This document shows positions 1-10,564 of a stretch of DNA of 64,000 nt, piece after piece. Under the pieces are notes generated by a model. It made no database searches, was not told where the DNA came from, and saw nothing but the letters and a program-made list of their open reading frames with translations. Position 1 is the stretch's first letter. The number at the start of each line of letters is the position of its first letter. Origin of the DNA: Verrucomicrobiota bacterium (lineage in GTDB: Bacteria > Verrucomicrobiota > Kiritimatiellia > CAIVKH01); NCBI GenBank assembly GCA_024233345.1, contig JACKPT010000005.1:105072-169071 (forward strand), written 5' to 3'. Position numbers and translations under genes: made by a program.

Positions 1-2262
1 CCGCATGTCTGCGGTCACGGTATCAAGCGACACGCCGAAGACCCTGGCGGCGGTGGCGGCGTGAATATCCAGACCGGCCTGAAAGGCTTCGATCATGCCC
101 TCGTCCTCGCTCATGTCCGCCATCACCCGCAGCTCGATCTGGGAGTAATCCGCAGAAAGAATTTCATATCCAGCCTCCCGGGCGACAAAGGCTTTGCGAA
201 TGCCCTGACCCAGTTCGGTCCGGATCGGGATATTCTGCAGATTCGGGTTGGCGGAAGCCAGGCGTCCGGTGGCGGCTCCGACTTGGGAGTAGGTGGTGTG
301 GATGCGCCCTGAATCCGGATGTACCACGGCGGGCAGGGCATCCACATAGGTGTTTTTCAGTTTGGCCGCTTCCCGGTGTTCGAGCAATTTCTTCACGATC
401 GGATGGACCGTGGCAAGTTCCTGCAGCACCGCCTCGTTTGTCGCGTACTGACCGGTCTTGGTTTTCCTGGGCTTCTCCACCAGTTTCAGGCGTTCGAACA
501 GAATGTCTCCAAGTTGCTTGGGCGAGTTGAGATTGAAGGTTTCCCCGGCCAGCGACTGGATTTCCTGTTCGAGTTGATCCAGGCGGGATGCAAGTTCGCC
601 GGACATCACACGAAGCACCTCGGAGGAAACCCGGATGCCCTCGCGCTCCATATCCACCAGGACCGGGAGCAACGGCATTTCAATGTCGGCAAACACCGGC
701 AGGAGCTTCTGCTGTTGCAACATCGGTTCGAACGCCCGCTTGAGTTGGAGGGCGACATCCACATCTTCCACCGCATAGTCCGCGAGTTGCCGGACCGGAG
801 TGTCGAACAGCACCGAGGCATCTTTGTTTTTCTCACCAAGGAGGGTGGTGATGGAGATGGGGGTATACCCGAGATATTGTTCGGCCAGGGCGTCGAGGCC
901 GTGCCGTCGATCCGGCTCAAGCAACGCATGGGCAATCATGGTGTCAAACAGCTGCCCCTTCAGCCGGACCCCATGCCAGGCAAGCACACTCAGGTCAAAG
1001 TTTAAATTGTGTCCGATCCACCGCACCTGTGTTCGTTCAAACAGGGGGGCGAGCCGGGACAATCGGGCCTTTCCTTCCGCGCCGTCACGGGAAAAAGGAA
1101 TAAACCAACCTTCCCCGGGTTGACGGGCGAGGGAAATGCCCACGATCGCGGCATGGGATGGGTCGAGTTGATCGGTTTCCAGATCCAGACCCAATTCGGG
1201 CTCCGACTCCAGGGTCGCAACCATGGCGTCCAGTTCCTCAAGCTGGTTGACCACCCGATAGTCATGGGGCACCTGTTCCAGGGTTTTCAGGCTGGGATTG
1301 AACAGCTCGCCCTGTTCACCTGCGGGTGGGGTTGGCGGGGAGCCGGAAAAGTCGAGCTCTTGAAAACCGTGTCCGGCTTTAAAGGCATCCCCGAAGATCC
1401 GCCTGCCCAGAGTGTTGAATTCCAGTTCAGCAAACAGGGGGCGTACCACGTCTTCGCTCCACCCGCGGTAAGCGAGGTCCCGAATGGATTCCCGGATTGG
1501 AACCTCACGGAAGATGGTGGCAAGTTTTTTACACAGAAAGGCCAGGTCGCGGTTGTCCCGCAACCGCTCCTGCAGCTTGCCCTTGATCTCGTCGAGGTGG
1601 TCATAGAGGTTTTCCGTTGATGTGTACTCGGCAATCAGTTTCTTGGCGGTTTTTTCCCCGACACCGGGAACCCCGGGTATGTTGTCGGAGGCATCGCCCC
1701 ACAGTCCGAGAATATCGATGACCTGCCGTGGATGCTGGATTCCCCATTTTTCGCAGATTTCCGGAACCCCGAGGCACTCGACTTCGCTGCCGCTGCGTCC
1801 CGGTTTGAGAATAAAGGTGCGGTCTGAAACCAGTTGGGCAAAATCCTTGTCAGGGGTCACCATGTAGGTGGTGATCCCCTCGGTTTCCGCGAAGCGGGCC
1901 ACGGTGCCGATGATGTCATCTGCTTCATAGCCCGGATACTTCAGGACCGGTAGTTGAAAAGCGTGGGCAACGCGATCGATCCAGGGCAGGGCGGCCACAA
2001 TGTCTTCCGGTACTTCCTGTCGCTGCGCCTTGTAGGCGGGGAACCAAGTGTGCCGGAGGGTCGGTTCGCTGGTGTCGAGGGCGAGGGCTAGATGGGTCGG
2101 CTTGCGGGTGGTGATCAAATCGATCAAGGTCTGGGTGAATCCGTACAACGCGGCGGTGTTCATTCCCGAGGCGGTTCGGATGGGACTGTTCATGAGGGCA
2201 AAATGCGCCCGGTAGATCAGGGCCATGCCATCCAGCAGGTATAAGGTCGGGGTTTCGCTCAT
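1..2262 (-). CDS. polA: DNA polymerase I (partial; C-terminal part of the polymerase domain is cut off by the window edge)
   Basis: Reverse-strand translation from 2262 gives MSETPTLYLLDGMALIYRAHFALMNSPIRTASGMNTAALYGFTQTLIDL, the typical 5'-3' exonuclease N-terminus. Near position 130-150 the same frame reads DYSQIELR (polymerase motif A). The frame is continuous to position 1. The gene is absent from the ORF track because it is open at the window edge. Confidence 0.9.
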   Translation of the reverse strand, partial: MSETPTLYLLDGMALIYRAHFALMNSPIRTASGMNTAALYGFTQTLIDLITTRKPTHLALALDTSEPTLRHTWFPAYKAQRQEVPEDIVAALPWIDRVAHAFQLPVLKYPGYEADDIIGTVARFAETEGITTYMVTPDKDFAQLVSDRTFILKPGRSGSEVECLGVPEICEKWGIQHPRQVIDILGLWGDASDNIPGVPGVGEKTAKKLIAEYTSTENLYDHLDEIKGKLQERLRDNRDLAFLCKKLATIFREVPIRESIRDLAYRGWSEDVVRPLFAELEFNTLGRRIFGDAFKAGHGFQELDFSGSPPTPPAGEQGELFNPSLKTLEQVPHDYRVVNQLEELDAMVATLESEPELGLDLETDQLDPSHAAIVGISLARQPGEGWFIPFSRDGAEGKARLSRLAPLFERTQVRWIGHNLNFDLSVLAWHGVRLKGQLFDTMIAHALLEPDRRHGLDALAEQYLGYTPISITTLLGEKNKDASVLFDTPVRQLADYAVEDVDVALQLKRAFEPMLQQQKLLPVFADIEMPLLPVLVDMEREGIRVSSEVLRVMSGELASRLDQLEQEIQSLAGETFNLNSPKQLGDILFERLKLVEKPRKTKTGQYATNEAVLQELATVHPIVKKLLEHREAAKLKNTYVDALPAVVHPDSGRIHTTYSQVGAATGRLASANPNLQNIPIRTELGQGIRKAFVAREAGYEILSADYSQIELRVMADMSEDEGMIEAFQAGLDIHAATAARVFGVSLDTVTADMR

Positions 2263-2373
2263 CCGGAGATCTATAGCATGGACCCATCCGGTCCGGTAGG
2301 TTTTATGATCGCCCCGGATCGGTTTCTTGAGGGCGGGGGCGATCATCGAGAGCGCCTGCGAAGGAGCCGTCGC

Positions 2374-4083
2374 TCAGTCGGCGCGTATGGGTTTGGTCTC
2401 CAGGGCGCGGGTAACTGCCCGGGTGATGACGTCAAGGGTGAATGGCTTCTGAACAAACCCCCTTGCTCCGCAGTCAAGGGCCCGCCGAACCCGGTCGGAT
2501 TCCGCATAACCGCTGACAATCAGGCAGGGTTGATCCGGTTTGATCGACTGAATGGCGAGAAGGGTGTCCAGTCCGTCAAAATCATCTTCCATGATCATAT
2601 CAAGCAGGACGAGGTCGACCTGATGATTTTGCAGAAACTCGATCGCCTGGTGGCCGCCCGCCGCTGCGTGCACCTGGAATCCCCTTGACTGGAGCAAGAG
2701 CATGCACAGTTCCCGCTGTTCGGGAATATCATCAACCACAAGGAGCACCGCACCGCCAGGTGCAGTGGTTTCCCTCGGTTTGGATTGGGGATGAGCCGCA
2801 TCCTGTGAGCTAACTGGAAACAGGAGGTCAAACCGACTGCCCGCTCCGGGGGTGGAGTAGACTTTGATGGTACCCTGGCAATCCTTCACTGACCCGTAGA
2901 CCACGGATAATCCGAGTCCGGTTCCGGTTTTTCCTGTGCCTTTGCGGGTATAAAATGGCTCGAAGATATGTTCGATCTGCTCCTGAGTCATGCCAACACC
3001 GGTATCTGCCACAGACAATTTGGCATGGGGGCCCAAGGCAATGGTTTCTGTCGCGGTTGACTGATCACCTGGTTGGACCCAGTCCGTCACAACTTCGACC
3101 TGTCCGGCCCCCTCGATGGCTTCATAGGCATTGGTGATCAGATTCATCACCGCCTGGGCCAGTTGATGCCGCGAACCTTCCACAACCAGCGGGGCGGTAT
3201 GGAGCTTTTGTGTCAGCTCGATCAGGGGATATTTGCTCTGGAGGCTATGAAACTCGGGGGAGTCGAGATAGGTTCGGATCGAGTCGTTGAGGTTGACCGG
3301 CTCGGGCTGGTAATTACCCCGCCGGGCCAGGGTGAGGAGATCCTGAATGATCGCGGATGCCCGCAGGGCGGAGTCCTGCATTTTCTGCACCATGCGGTAG
3401 ATTGGGCTGGTTTCGTTGAGTTCGGACAAAATGATGTCCGGATAGGAAACCAACGGAGAGAGGATGTTGTTGAGGTCATGGGCTACACCACCCGCGAGTA
3501 GGCCGAGTGATTCCATGCGCTCAGATCGCGCCAGCCGTTGCTGGAGTTTCTGTTCCCGCAGGGCGGCCCGGCTGGCCTCGGTGATATCCCGGATGATCAC
3601 ACTGCCCTGGTGATGATGGGCGGGTACGCAATGGATGTCGAAATGCCGGGCCTCTTCGCCCTGTCCCAGGCGCACACTGAACTCATCCACCACCGCATTG
3701 GCTTGCAATCGCTCTAGCATCGCCTGGAACGCGGGTGCCGCCTCATCCACCACCAGATCCTGGATGGTCTTTCCCACGAGACCCTGCTCCTGCTTGAGGA
3801 TTGGATGCCGGGTTTGCCCGCGCAGGTAGAGGACGCGCCCCGAGACATCGATCCGCAGATACAGGTCCACCAATCCATCCAAGACGGCCCGGATGTCCGC
3901 ATTGGCCTGCTGCAACTCATGCGAACTGATTTCCATGGACCGTTCCAGCAGGCGCCGATCCCGGTCAAACGCCCGGTAGGCTTCGTTCACCTGATCGAGC
4001 AGGGTGGCCCACGCTTCGGGTGGGGGTTCGTCGTCAAGCAGGCGCCGCAGTTGCCGTTGTAAGAGGCTATGCCGGTCGCTCAT
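2374..4083 (-). CDS. Hybrid sensor histidine kinase / response regulator (PAS, HisKA, HATPase_c, C-terminal receiver domain)
   Basis: 569-aa ORF. It carries an H-box HDLNNILSPL, a G-box GTGLGLSVVYG, and then a receiver domain with VLLVVDD...DLVLLDMIMEDDFDGLD...SGYAE. Confidence 0.85.
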   Translation of the reverse strand: MSDRHSLLQRQLRRLLDDEPPPEAWATLLDQVNEAYRAFDRDRRLLERSMEISSHELQQANADIRAVLDGLVDLYLRIDVSGRVLYLRGQTRHPILKQEQGLVGKTIQDLVVDEAAPAFQAMLERLQANAVVDEFSVRLGQGEEARHFDIHCVPAHHHQGSVIIRDITEASRAALREQKLQQRLARSERMESLGLLAGGVAHDLNNILSPLVSYPDIILSELNETSPIYRMVQKMQDSALRASAIIQDLLTLARRGNYQPEPVNLNDSIRTYLDSPEFHSLQSKYPLIELTQKLHTAPLVVEGSRHQLAQAVMNLITNAYEAIEGAGQVEVVTDWVQPGDQSTATETIALGPHAKLSVADTGVGMTQEQIEHIFEPFYTRKGTGKTGTGLGLSVVYGSVKDCQGTIKVYSTPGAGSRFDLLFPVSSQDAAHPQSKPRETTAPGGAVLLVVDDIPEQRELCMLLLQSRGFQVHAAAGGHQAIEFLQNHQVDLVLLDMIMEDDFDGLDTLLAIQSIKPDQPCLIVSGYAESDRVRRALDCGARGFVQKPFTLDVITRAVTRALETKPIRAD

Positions 4084-5228
4084 GAATCGGTGCGCTCCGT
4101 AAAGGTCGTGATGGTCATGGTTTGATTCAGCAGGCGGGTAGACTGGTTGGGGGCACAGGGGCCGATTTCGCCATACGAGTAGAACCCAGCCAGCGGGGTG
4201 CCCGTACCCAGAATGTCACGGACCCCTTCCACTTCCTCTTCAACACGTTGCTTCAAGACCATCTTGCGCCCGACACAACTGATCAGCAGGGCAAATTCGG
4301 CAGACAGCGGGGAAATCTGATTCTTGCATTGCGTGGCGGCATCGATGGCTCCGTCGATAAGCCGGTCAATATTGGCTTTCATCAGTCGGGCATATCCGCC
4401 TTCCGGCATGTCCCCGGCAAAAATCATTGAGTTGGATGTTTCATCCACCCCGAGAATGGTGCGGACAAGTTCCTCTTCCTGATCGTGGATGCGAACGGCA
4501 AGGGGAAAGAGGAGGGCGGAGCCGGGGAGCTGGTCGGCATATTGTCCCAGGTACTGCTTGTAGAGCGACAAGGCGGATTGGCCATCCAGTTCATACAACT
4601 GGTTGCCCCTGGATTTGGTGATCAGCCGTTCCGGCCCAAACGGATCCCAGCCCCCCTGGGAGCCACGACCAATGACCAATCGGTCACCATACAGCCCCAC
4701 CGCCATGATCGCACCCTGGACGGGTTCACTGCCGGAACATACGTAGGTCTCTCGAAACAAGTCGGCATCTCCGGCCAGCCCGCCGGTGATACTGACCTCG
4801 GGGGGGATGACTTCGGTCATTGCGTCAATCAGTTCAGTGCCATTCACCCGAATTCCATCGCTGATGATCAGCACATGTCGGAGACCCTCGGGGTCGAGTT
4901 GTGATGCCAGATCCCGTCCGGCATCGGTAATCGAGCCGCCCTGCGCCAGCCGCACCGATGCGCTGCGGCATTGTGTATGGTCAAAGTGAATGGCATTGCA
5001 GACCAACCCACCATCCGAGACGTTGGTTCCGAAAATCTCGCCCGCCGTCGAACATCCAGCCAAAATGGCATCCGGGAAAAGGGCAGACAACATGCCGAAA
5101 AAGGGGGCTTCCCTGAACAGTTCACGGCTGGCGAACACCAGCAATAAATCGGCTTCTCGAAGTGTGGAACCTGGGAAATAAGGTCGCCAACCACCGCTTG
5201 AGGTCCAGTACGTTTGTTCAACCTTCAT
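4080..5228 (-). CDS. FIST-domain sensory protein (FIST_N plus FIST_C), probable partner of the downstream kinase
   Basis: 382-aa ORF. Its stop overlaps the kinase start by 4 nt (ATGA coupling). The C-terminal GFYSYGEIGP is like the FIST_C signature. A GGAGAA Shine-Dalgarno lies upstream of the ATG at 5228. Confidence 0.55.
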   Translation of the reverse strand: MKVEQTYWTSSGGWRPYFPGSTLREADLLLVFASRELFREAPFFGMLSALFPDAILAGCSTAGEIFGTNVSDGGLVCNAIHFDHTQCRSASVRLAQGGSITDAGRDLASQLDPEGLRHVLIISDGIRVNGTELIDAMTEVIPPEVSITGGLAGDADLFRETYVCSGSEPVQGAIMAVGLYGDRLVIGRGSQGGWDPFGPERLITKSRGNQLYELDGQSALSLYKQYLGQYADQLPGSALLFPLAVRIHDQEEELVRTILGVDETSNSMIFAGDMPEGGYARLMKANIDRLIDGAIDAATQCKNQISPLSAEFALLISCVGRKMVLKQRVEEEVEGVRDILGTGTPLAGFYSYGEIGPCAPNQSTRLLNQTMTITTFTERTDS

Positions 5229-5286
5229 GGGCTTCGCATGTTCTCCGAGTTCAAGGTAAGTCTTTCACGCTGAATCGTCAATGTCT

Positions 5287-5302
5287 GTTGGCACCGATTC
5301 GC
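5287..5302 (+). promoter_or_regulatory. Candidate sigma-54-type promoter (TGGCAC-N5-CGCA; GG and GC spaced 10 bp) about 100 bp upstream of lemA
   Basis: The sequence is ttggcaccgattcgca. The -12 element is imperfect (CGCA instead of TTGC). Confidence 0.2.
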
Positions 5303-5403
5303 AACACAGCGAAACCAAGGGGACTTCCGGTTCCATTTCCGACTGTACAGAACCTTGCCGGAATCATATCGTTCTTCCCGATTTAACTAAGGAGGAGTCC
5401 ATC

Positions 5404-5994
5404 ATGGGTACTGGTTTGATGATTGGTTTGGGGATTCTGGTCGTTGTGATACTGTTCATCGCCGGGATCTATAATAAGCTGGTTGCTCTGCGCAACCGGT
5501 TCAAGAATGCCTTCGCACAGATCGATGTGCAGTTGAAGCGGCGTTATGACCTGATTCCCAACCTGGTGGAAACAGCCAAGGCCTATATGGCTCACGAGAA
5601 GGACACCCTGGAGGGGGTCGTTCGGGCTCGCAACGCCGCAGTCAATGCCGCGTCAGCGGCGGCGGCAAACCCGGATGACCCGGATGCGATCAAGCAACTC
5701 TCCGGTGCCGAATCCGCCCTTTCCGGTTCCCTGGGCCGCCTGTTTGCCCTTGCCGAAGCATACCCCGACCTCAAGGCCAACCAAAACATGATGCAACTCA
5801 GCGAGGAGTTGACCACCACCGAAAACAAGGTTGCGTTTGCCCGCCAGGCTTATAATGACGCCGTCATGGTGTATAACACGGCGCGGGAGACCTTCCCCTC
5901 GGTGCTGCTGGCCGGCATGCTGGGCTTCCGGGCCGCGGAATTGTTGACCATCGAAAATCCCGCCGAACGGGAAGCTCCCAAGGTTTCCTTTTAA
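5404..5994 (+). CDS. lemA: LemA family protein
   Basis: AAGGAGGAG Shine-Dalgarno then ATG at 5404. One N-terminal TM helix, then KLVALRNRFKNAFAQIDVQLKRRYDLIPNLVETAKAYMAHEKDTLEGV, typical of LemA. The ORF track starts earlier at 5281, but the Shine-Dalgarno supports 5404. Confidence 0.85.
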   Translation: MGTGLMIGLGILVVVILFIAGIYNKLVALRNRFKNAFAQIDVQLKRRYDLIPNLVETAKAYMAHEKDTLEGVVRARNAAVNAASAAAANPDDPDAIKQLSGAESALSGSLGRLFALAEAYPDLKANQNMMQLSEELTTTENKVAFARQAYNDAVMVYNTARETFPSVLLAGMLGFRAAELLTIENPAEREAPKVSF

Positions 5995-6024
5995 TCCCCG
6001 GCCTCCGGCAGCGGGGGCGCATTC

Positions 6025-7986
6025 ATGGATTTCTTCGCGAGCCAGGAAAGGGCGAGAAAGCGCACCGGTTGGCTGGTCGTGGCCTTCCTGGCTGCGGTTT
6101 TGGGAATCGTTTTGTCCATTTATGGCGTGCTGGCCTTCTTCGCCCGGACCAGTGCGATTCAAGATCAGCAGGCCCGGAGAGTGTACCCGGTGGTCGACCC
6201 CGGCTGGTGGTTTCCCGAACTGTTTGCCGCCTCCCTGTTCGGGGTCACCCTGATTGTCTCCGCCGGCTCGGGATTCAAGTTGCTTTGGCTGCGCGGTGGT
6301 GGGGCATCGGTTGCCGAATCGATGGGCGGGATCCTTCTCCAGCCCACCACCACCGATTTCAAGGAAAAGCGTCTGCTCAATGTTGTGGAGGAAATGGCCC
6401 TTGCCTCGGGAGTCCCGGTCCCCCCGGTCTATGTGATGCGCGAGGAGAAGCGAATCAATGCCTTTGCCGCAGGATTCCGTCCGGACCATGCGGTCATTGG
6501 CATTACCCAGGGCGCCATTGACGCCTTTTCCCGCAGCGAACTACAGGGAGTCATCGCGCATGAGTTCAGCCATATTCTCAATGGGGATATGAAGCTCAAC
6601 ATGAAGCTGATCGGGCTGTTGCAAGGCATCTTGCTCATCTACCTGATCGGACGGGTCATCCTGCGCGTCGGTGCCTACAGCGGGGGCAATGACCGCAAAA
6701 ATGGCGCCCTCCCTTTGGTGGTGGGGCTGGTCATGATGGTGATCGGACTAATCGGCTACTTCGTGGGCCGCCTCATCAAGATGGCGGTCTCCCGCCAGCG
6801 CGAATACCTGGCCGATGCATCGGCGGTTCAATTCACCCGCTCGCCGGAGGGACTGAGCGATGCATTGAAGCGGATTGGTGCCTATGCCGACGGTTCCCGT
6901 ATCCAGAATCCCAAGGCCGAAGAAATCAGTCATATGTTTTTTGCCAGTTCGATGGCAGGGGGATGGAATTCGCTCTTTGCCACACATCCTCCCCTGGTCA
7001 ATCGCATTCGTGTGCTCGAACCTGATTTTGATGGCGACTTTGAAAAGGTCCGCGAGCGTTTGGAGCGAAGAGACGCCGCCATGGCGCCTCCGGAAAAGAC
7101 GGAGGGCATCGAAGAAAAGAAACTGCATGACTGGTTGATCAAGATGGCCATGCTTTCCACCATCGATTCGGGAAAGGTCATGGCATCCATCGGCACCCCG
7201 GCCACCGAGCATGTGTCGGCGGCCCGCACATTTCTGGCCGGACTTCCCGAGGCCCTGAAGTCGCAGTGTCATGATCCCTTCGGGGCCCGAGCGGTGGTCT
7301 ATCGGCTGTTGCTGGATGAGCGGCCGGAATTGCGTGCCCAACAGATCGAGGCATTGCGTTCAGCCGCCGATCCTCAAGTGTTTGCGGTGGTGGAATCTCT
7401 GGTCTCGACGTTGACCACCCTGCCGATGTCGGCACGGCTCCCGGTTCTGGATTTGTGCATGCCAGCGCTCAAACAGTTGTCCGATCAACAGCGCGAAGCC
7501 TTTGTTGCCAATATGGATGCCCTGATCGGTGCGGATCAGAGGGTGACCCTGATGGAATACAGCTTGCGGCGAATTCTTCTTCACGGACTGGGCGAGGATG
7601 CTGCATACGCCGGGGGCAAGCGGATGGAAAACCACCTGGCCATCCTCTCCATCCTGTCCATGCTCGCGGCCCGGGGGCACGAGGACAGTACGGTTGCCGA
7701 TGGTGCGTTTGCGCGCGCGGTGGATGCCGTCCGGCCCTACTTGCCCGATCAGCCCGCCATTCGGAGCGCGGCCAATTTAACCGAATTTGACCGGGCCCTT
7801 ACCTCGCTTTCCGATGCTGCTCCCGATCTGAAAAAGCAATTGATGGTCGCCTGCATGACATGCCTTTCCTTTGACCAAACCCTGACCACCGAGGAGTTCG
7901 AGCTCTTCCGTTGCATCGCGGCCGCACTTCATTGCCCGGTCCCCCTGATGATGGGGTTGAATGAACCGGCCATCCCGTCCGCCTGA
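6025..7986 (+). CDS. M48-family Zn-metallopeptidase (HtpX-like) with a ~350-aa C-terminal extension
   Basis: 653 aa. TM helices flank the HExxH motif AHEFSHILNGD. It sits 30 bp downstream of lemA, a conserved LemA-M48 pairing. Confidence 0.8.
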   Translation: MDFFASQERARKRTGWLVVAFLAAVLGIVLSIYGVLAFFARTSAIQDQQARRVYPVVDPGWWFPELFAASLFGVTLIVSAGSGFKLLWLRGGGASVAESMGGILLQPTTTDFKEKRLLNVVEEMALASGVPVPPVYVMREEKRINAFAAGFRPDHAVIGITQGAIDAFSRSELQGVIAHEFSHILNGDMKLNMKLIGLLQGILLIYLIGRVILRVGAYSGGNDRKNGALPLVVGLVMMVIGLIGYFVGRLIKMAVSRQREYLADASAVQFTRSPEGLSDALKRIGAYADGSRIQNPKAEEISHMFFASSMAGGWNSLFATHPPLVNRIRVLEPDFDGDFEKVRERLERRDAAMAPPEKTEGIEEKKLHDWLIKMAMLSTIDSGKVMASIGTPATEHVSAARTFLAGLPEALKSQCHDPFGARAVVYRLLLDERPELRAQQIEALRSAADPQVFAVVESLVSTLTTLPMSARLPVLDLCMPALKQLSDQQREAFVANMDALIGADQRVTLMEYSLRRILLHGLGEDAAYAGGKRMENHLAILSILSMLAARGHEDSTVADGAFARAVDAVRPYLPDQPAIRSAANLTEFDRALTSLSDAAPDLKKQLMVACMTCLSFDQTLTTEEFELFRCIAAALHCPVPLMMGLNEPAIPSA

Positions 7987-8776
7987 CCATGTGATTGGGT
8001 ACACACTGGTGACTCCCTCCTCCTGGCATTTGATTTTCATTCACGGCTTCCTGGGATGTCCCAAGGATTGGCAGGCGGTTGTGCGTGAGCTGCCGGAGGC
8101 GTGGACTTGGGAGGCGGTTACCCTGCCGGGGCACGGTGCGGTGCTTGCCGAAACGGAGGACGTGATGGAGCAAATGGTGAATACGGTTCGTCGAGCGCTC
8201 GCCTCGGCCCCGGTATCCCGGCGGGTGGCGATGGTGGGGTATTCCCTGGGGGGACGAGTGCTACTGCATGCGCTCCGGCAGGGACTGCCCGCCCCGGATG
8301 CCCTGGTGCTTTGCTCCACCTCAGCGGGTTTGTCCAATCCGGAGGTGCGCAGCAGTCGCCTGGAGAAGGACCGGCAGTGGGCCATGGTGATGGACGACTG
8401 GCCATGGTTTCTGGAAGCCTGGTATCGCCAGCCGCTGTTTGAATCATTGCAACAACATCCCCAGGCCCGGGAGATCCTGCAGGAAAACCGCGGGGCGATG
8501 GCGGCTTGTGCCGCGGATCTCGCCAAGGTCATCGTGGCGTGCAGCCCCGGCCAGGTGCCCGCGTGCGGCCCCGCCCTTGCGGCCGTTGCCGACCGCACCC
8601 TGATGATCAGCGGTGAGCTCGATCATCCCTATACAAGCCAGTTGCGGCATGCCCCGCACTTGTATCCGGGCATCATCACGCGTACAGTCCCTGATGCCGG
8701 CCATGCCGTGCATCTGGAATGCCCGGTTGTGCTGGCTTCGTTGATCACTGAATTTTTAGGAAAAGAACAACCATGA
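7961..8776 (+). CDS. menH: Alpha/beta hydrolase, probable MenH (SHCHC synthase)
   Basis: [13 protein letters not shown]...[10 protein letters not shown] nucleophile elbow. It lies immediately upstream of, and overlaps, menB. The start is uncertain (ATG 7961, or in-frame GTG 7991 just after the M48 stop). Confidence 0.6.
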   Translation: MNRPSRPPDHVIGYTLVTPSSWHLIFIHGFLGCPKDWQAVVRELPEAWTWEAVTLPGHGAVLAETEDVMEQMVNTVRRALASAPVSRRVAMVGYSLGGRVLLHALRQGLPAPDALVLCSTSAGLSNPEVRSSRLEKDRQWAMVMDDWPWFLEAWYRQPLFESLQQHPQAREILQENRGAMAACAADLAKVIVACSPGQVPACGPALAAVADRTLMISGELDHPYTSQLRHAPHLYPGIITRTVPDAGHAVHLECPVVLASLITEFLGKEQP

Positions 8777-9594
8777 CTACAATTCATTGGAAAGAAGCGG
8801 GGACCTACACCGATATCAAGGTTCATAAGGCGGAGGGGATTGCCAAACTTACAATCAATCGCCCGGAAGTGCGAAATGCTTTCCGGCCATTAACCGTCAT
8901 GGAATTGCAAAAAGCCCTTGAGGATGCCCGGGAAGATCCGGATATCGGGGTCATCATTCTGACCGGGGAAGGCGAAAAAGCCTTCTGCTCAGGGGGCGAC
9001 CAGAAAATCCGAGGGGAGGGAGGGTATGTCGATGCCCAGGGGGTGCATCGGCTGAATGTCCTCGATTTTCAACGCCAGATCCGTACCTGCCCCAAGCCAA
9101 TCGTGGCGATGGTGGCGGGGTACGCCATCGGGGGAGGCCATGTGTTGCATGTCATGTGTGACCTCACCATTGCCGCCGACAATGCGATCTTTGGGCAAAC
9201 CGGCCCCCGTGTGGGGTCGTTTGACGGCGGATTTGGAGCCTCCTATCTTGCCCGGATTGTCGGTCAGAAGAAAGCCCGGGAGATTTGGTTCCTGTGCCGG
9301 CAATACTCGGCCCAGGAAGCCCTCGACATGGGACTGGTCAATTGTGTGGTCCCTTATGAGAAACTGGAGGCGGAGACGGTGGCCTGGTGTCGGCGGATGC
9401 TTGAAATGTCGCCATTGGCACTACGGTGCCTGAAGTCGGCCCTGAATGCCGACTGTGATGGACAGTCCGGCCTGCAGGAGCTCGCGGGCAATGCCACGCT
9501 GCTGTATTACATGACCGAGGAAGCGCGTGAGGGTAAACAGGCCTTTGTCGAGAAGCGGTCCCCGGATTTTACCCGGTTCCCTCGCCGGCCGTGA
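8773..9594 (+). CDS. menB: 1,4-dihydroxy-2-naphthoyl-CoA synthase
   Basis: Crotonase-fold protein with [20 protein letters not shown] and the DHNA-CoA synthase C-terminus. It overlaps menH by 4 nt. Confidence 0.9.
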   Translation: MTTIHWKEAGTYTDIKVHKAEGIAKLTINRPEVRNAFRPLTVMELQKALEDAREDPDIGVIILTGEGEKAFCSGGDQKIRGEGGYVDAQGVHRLNVLDFQRQIRTCPKPIVAMVAGYAIGGGHVLHVMCDLTIAADNAIFGQTGPRVGSFDGGFGASYLARIVGQKKAREIWFLCRQYSAQEALDMGLVNCVVPYEKLEAETVAWCRRMLEMSPLALRCLKSALNADCDGQSGLQELAGNATLLYYMTEEAREGKQAFVEKRSPDFTRFPRRP

Positions 9595-9655
9595 CCTTTG
9601 CGTGCGCATGGCGGTCGATGCACTCTGACGATGGCGAGCAGGAGGAGCCGAACCG

Positions 9656-10564
9656 ATGACTCATGCAACCCCAGGGCGGCCTTCCGCACTCCGTATCTGG
9701 TGGCTGGCCGCCCGCCCGAAAACCCTTGGCGCGGCGATGGCGCCGGTCCTGTTGGGTACCGCCCTTGCTGCCGTTGAGGGCCCCCTGCACCTTCCATCGG
9801 TGTTGCTGTGTTTTGCCGGGGCGCTCCTGCTTCAGATTGGCACCAACTATTGTAACGACCTGGCGGATTTTCTGAAGGGTACCGACAAGGACCGGATCGG
9901 CCCGATCCGGGCGACCCAGGCAGGATGGGTCACCCCGGGACAGATGAAACTGGCGACCCAGTTGGTTTTTGCCGCCGCGGCTCTGGTTTGTGCCGGCTTG
10001 GTGGCGCGGGCGGGATGGCCCCTGGTGGTGATTGGCATTACCTCGATCCTTGCCGGGGTGCTCTACACCGCCGGGCCCTATCCCTTGGCCTACCTGGGAC
10101 TGGGTGATCTTTTTGTCCTGATCTTCTTCGGTCCGGTGGCTGTCGCGGGAACGACCTACGTGCAAACCCTGACCTTTGCCTGGACCCCGATATGGCTCGG
10201 TTTCGGGCCGGGTCTGCTATCGGTGGGCATCCTCATCGCGAATAATTTTCGGGACCTCGATGGCGACCGGCTGGCCGGTAAGAAAACGCTTGCGGTTCGG
10301 TTCGGGGTGACCTTCACCCGGCTGCAATATACGGTTTGTCTGCTGATTGCGGGCCTCCTGCCCTGGTGGGTGTATCCGGAGGGAGCGATGACCGGGCCGC
10401 TCCGGATGCTTCTGCTGCTTGGAGCTTCACTCCTGGTCTTGATCCCCATTCCCTTCGTGTGGAAACACGAGGGCCGGGCCCTCAACCCATTGCTCGCCCG
10501 CACGGCACGAGTCTTGATGGGGTATTGCCTGTTGGTAGCCTTGGCATGGGTGATACCAGCATGA
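9656..10564 (+). CDS. menA: 1,4-dihydroxy-2-naphthoate polyprenyltransferase (UbiA family)
   Basis: Polytopic membrane protein starting LRIWWLAARPKTLGAAMAPVLLG, with NDLADFLKGTD and DLDGD motifs. Confidence 0.8.
   Translation: MTHATPGRPSALRIWWLAARPKTLGAAMAPVLLGTALAAVEGPLHLPSVLLCFAGALLLQIGTNYCNDLADFLKGTDKDRIGPIRATQAGWVTPGQMKLATQLVFAAAALVCAGLVARAGWPLVVIGITSILAGVLYTAGPYPLAYLGLGDLFVLIFFGPVAVAGTTYVQTLTFAWTPIWLGFGPGLLSVGILIANNFRDLDGDRLAGKKTLAVRFGVTFTRLQYTVCLLIAGLLPWWVYPEGAMTGPLRMLLLLGASLLVLIPIPFVWKHEGRALNPLLARTARVLMGYCLLVALAWVIPA

Noticed and set aside
5653-6489. 278-aa minus-strand ORF
   Set aside because: Antisense to lemA and the M48 protease. G/R/P-rich low-complexity translation.
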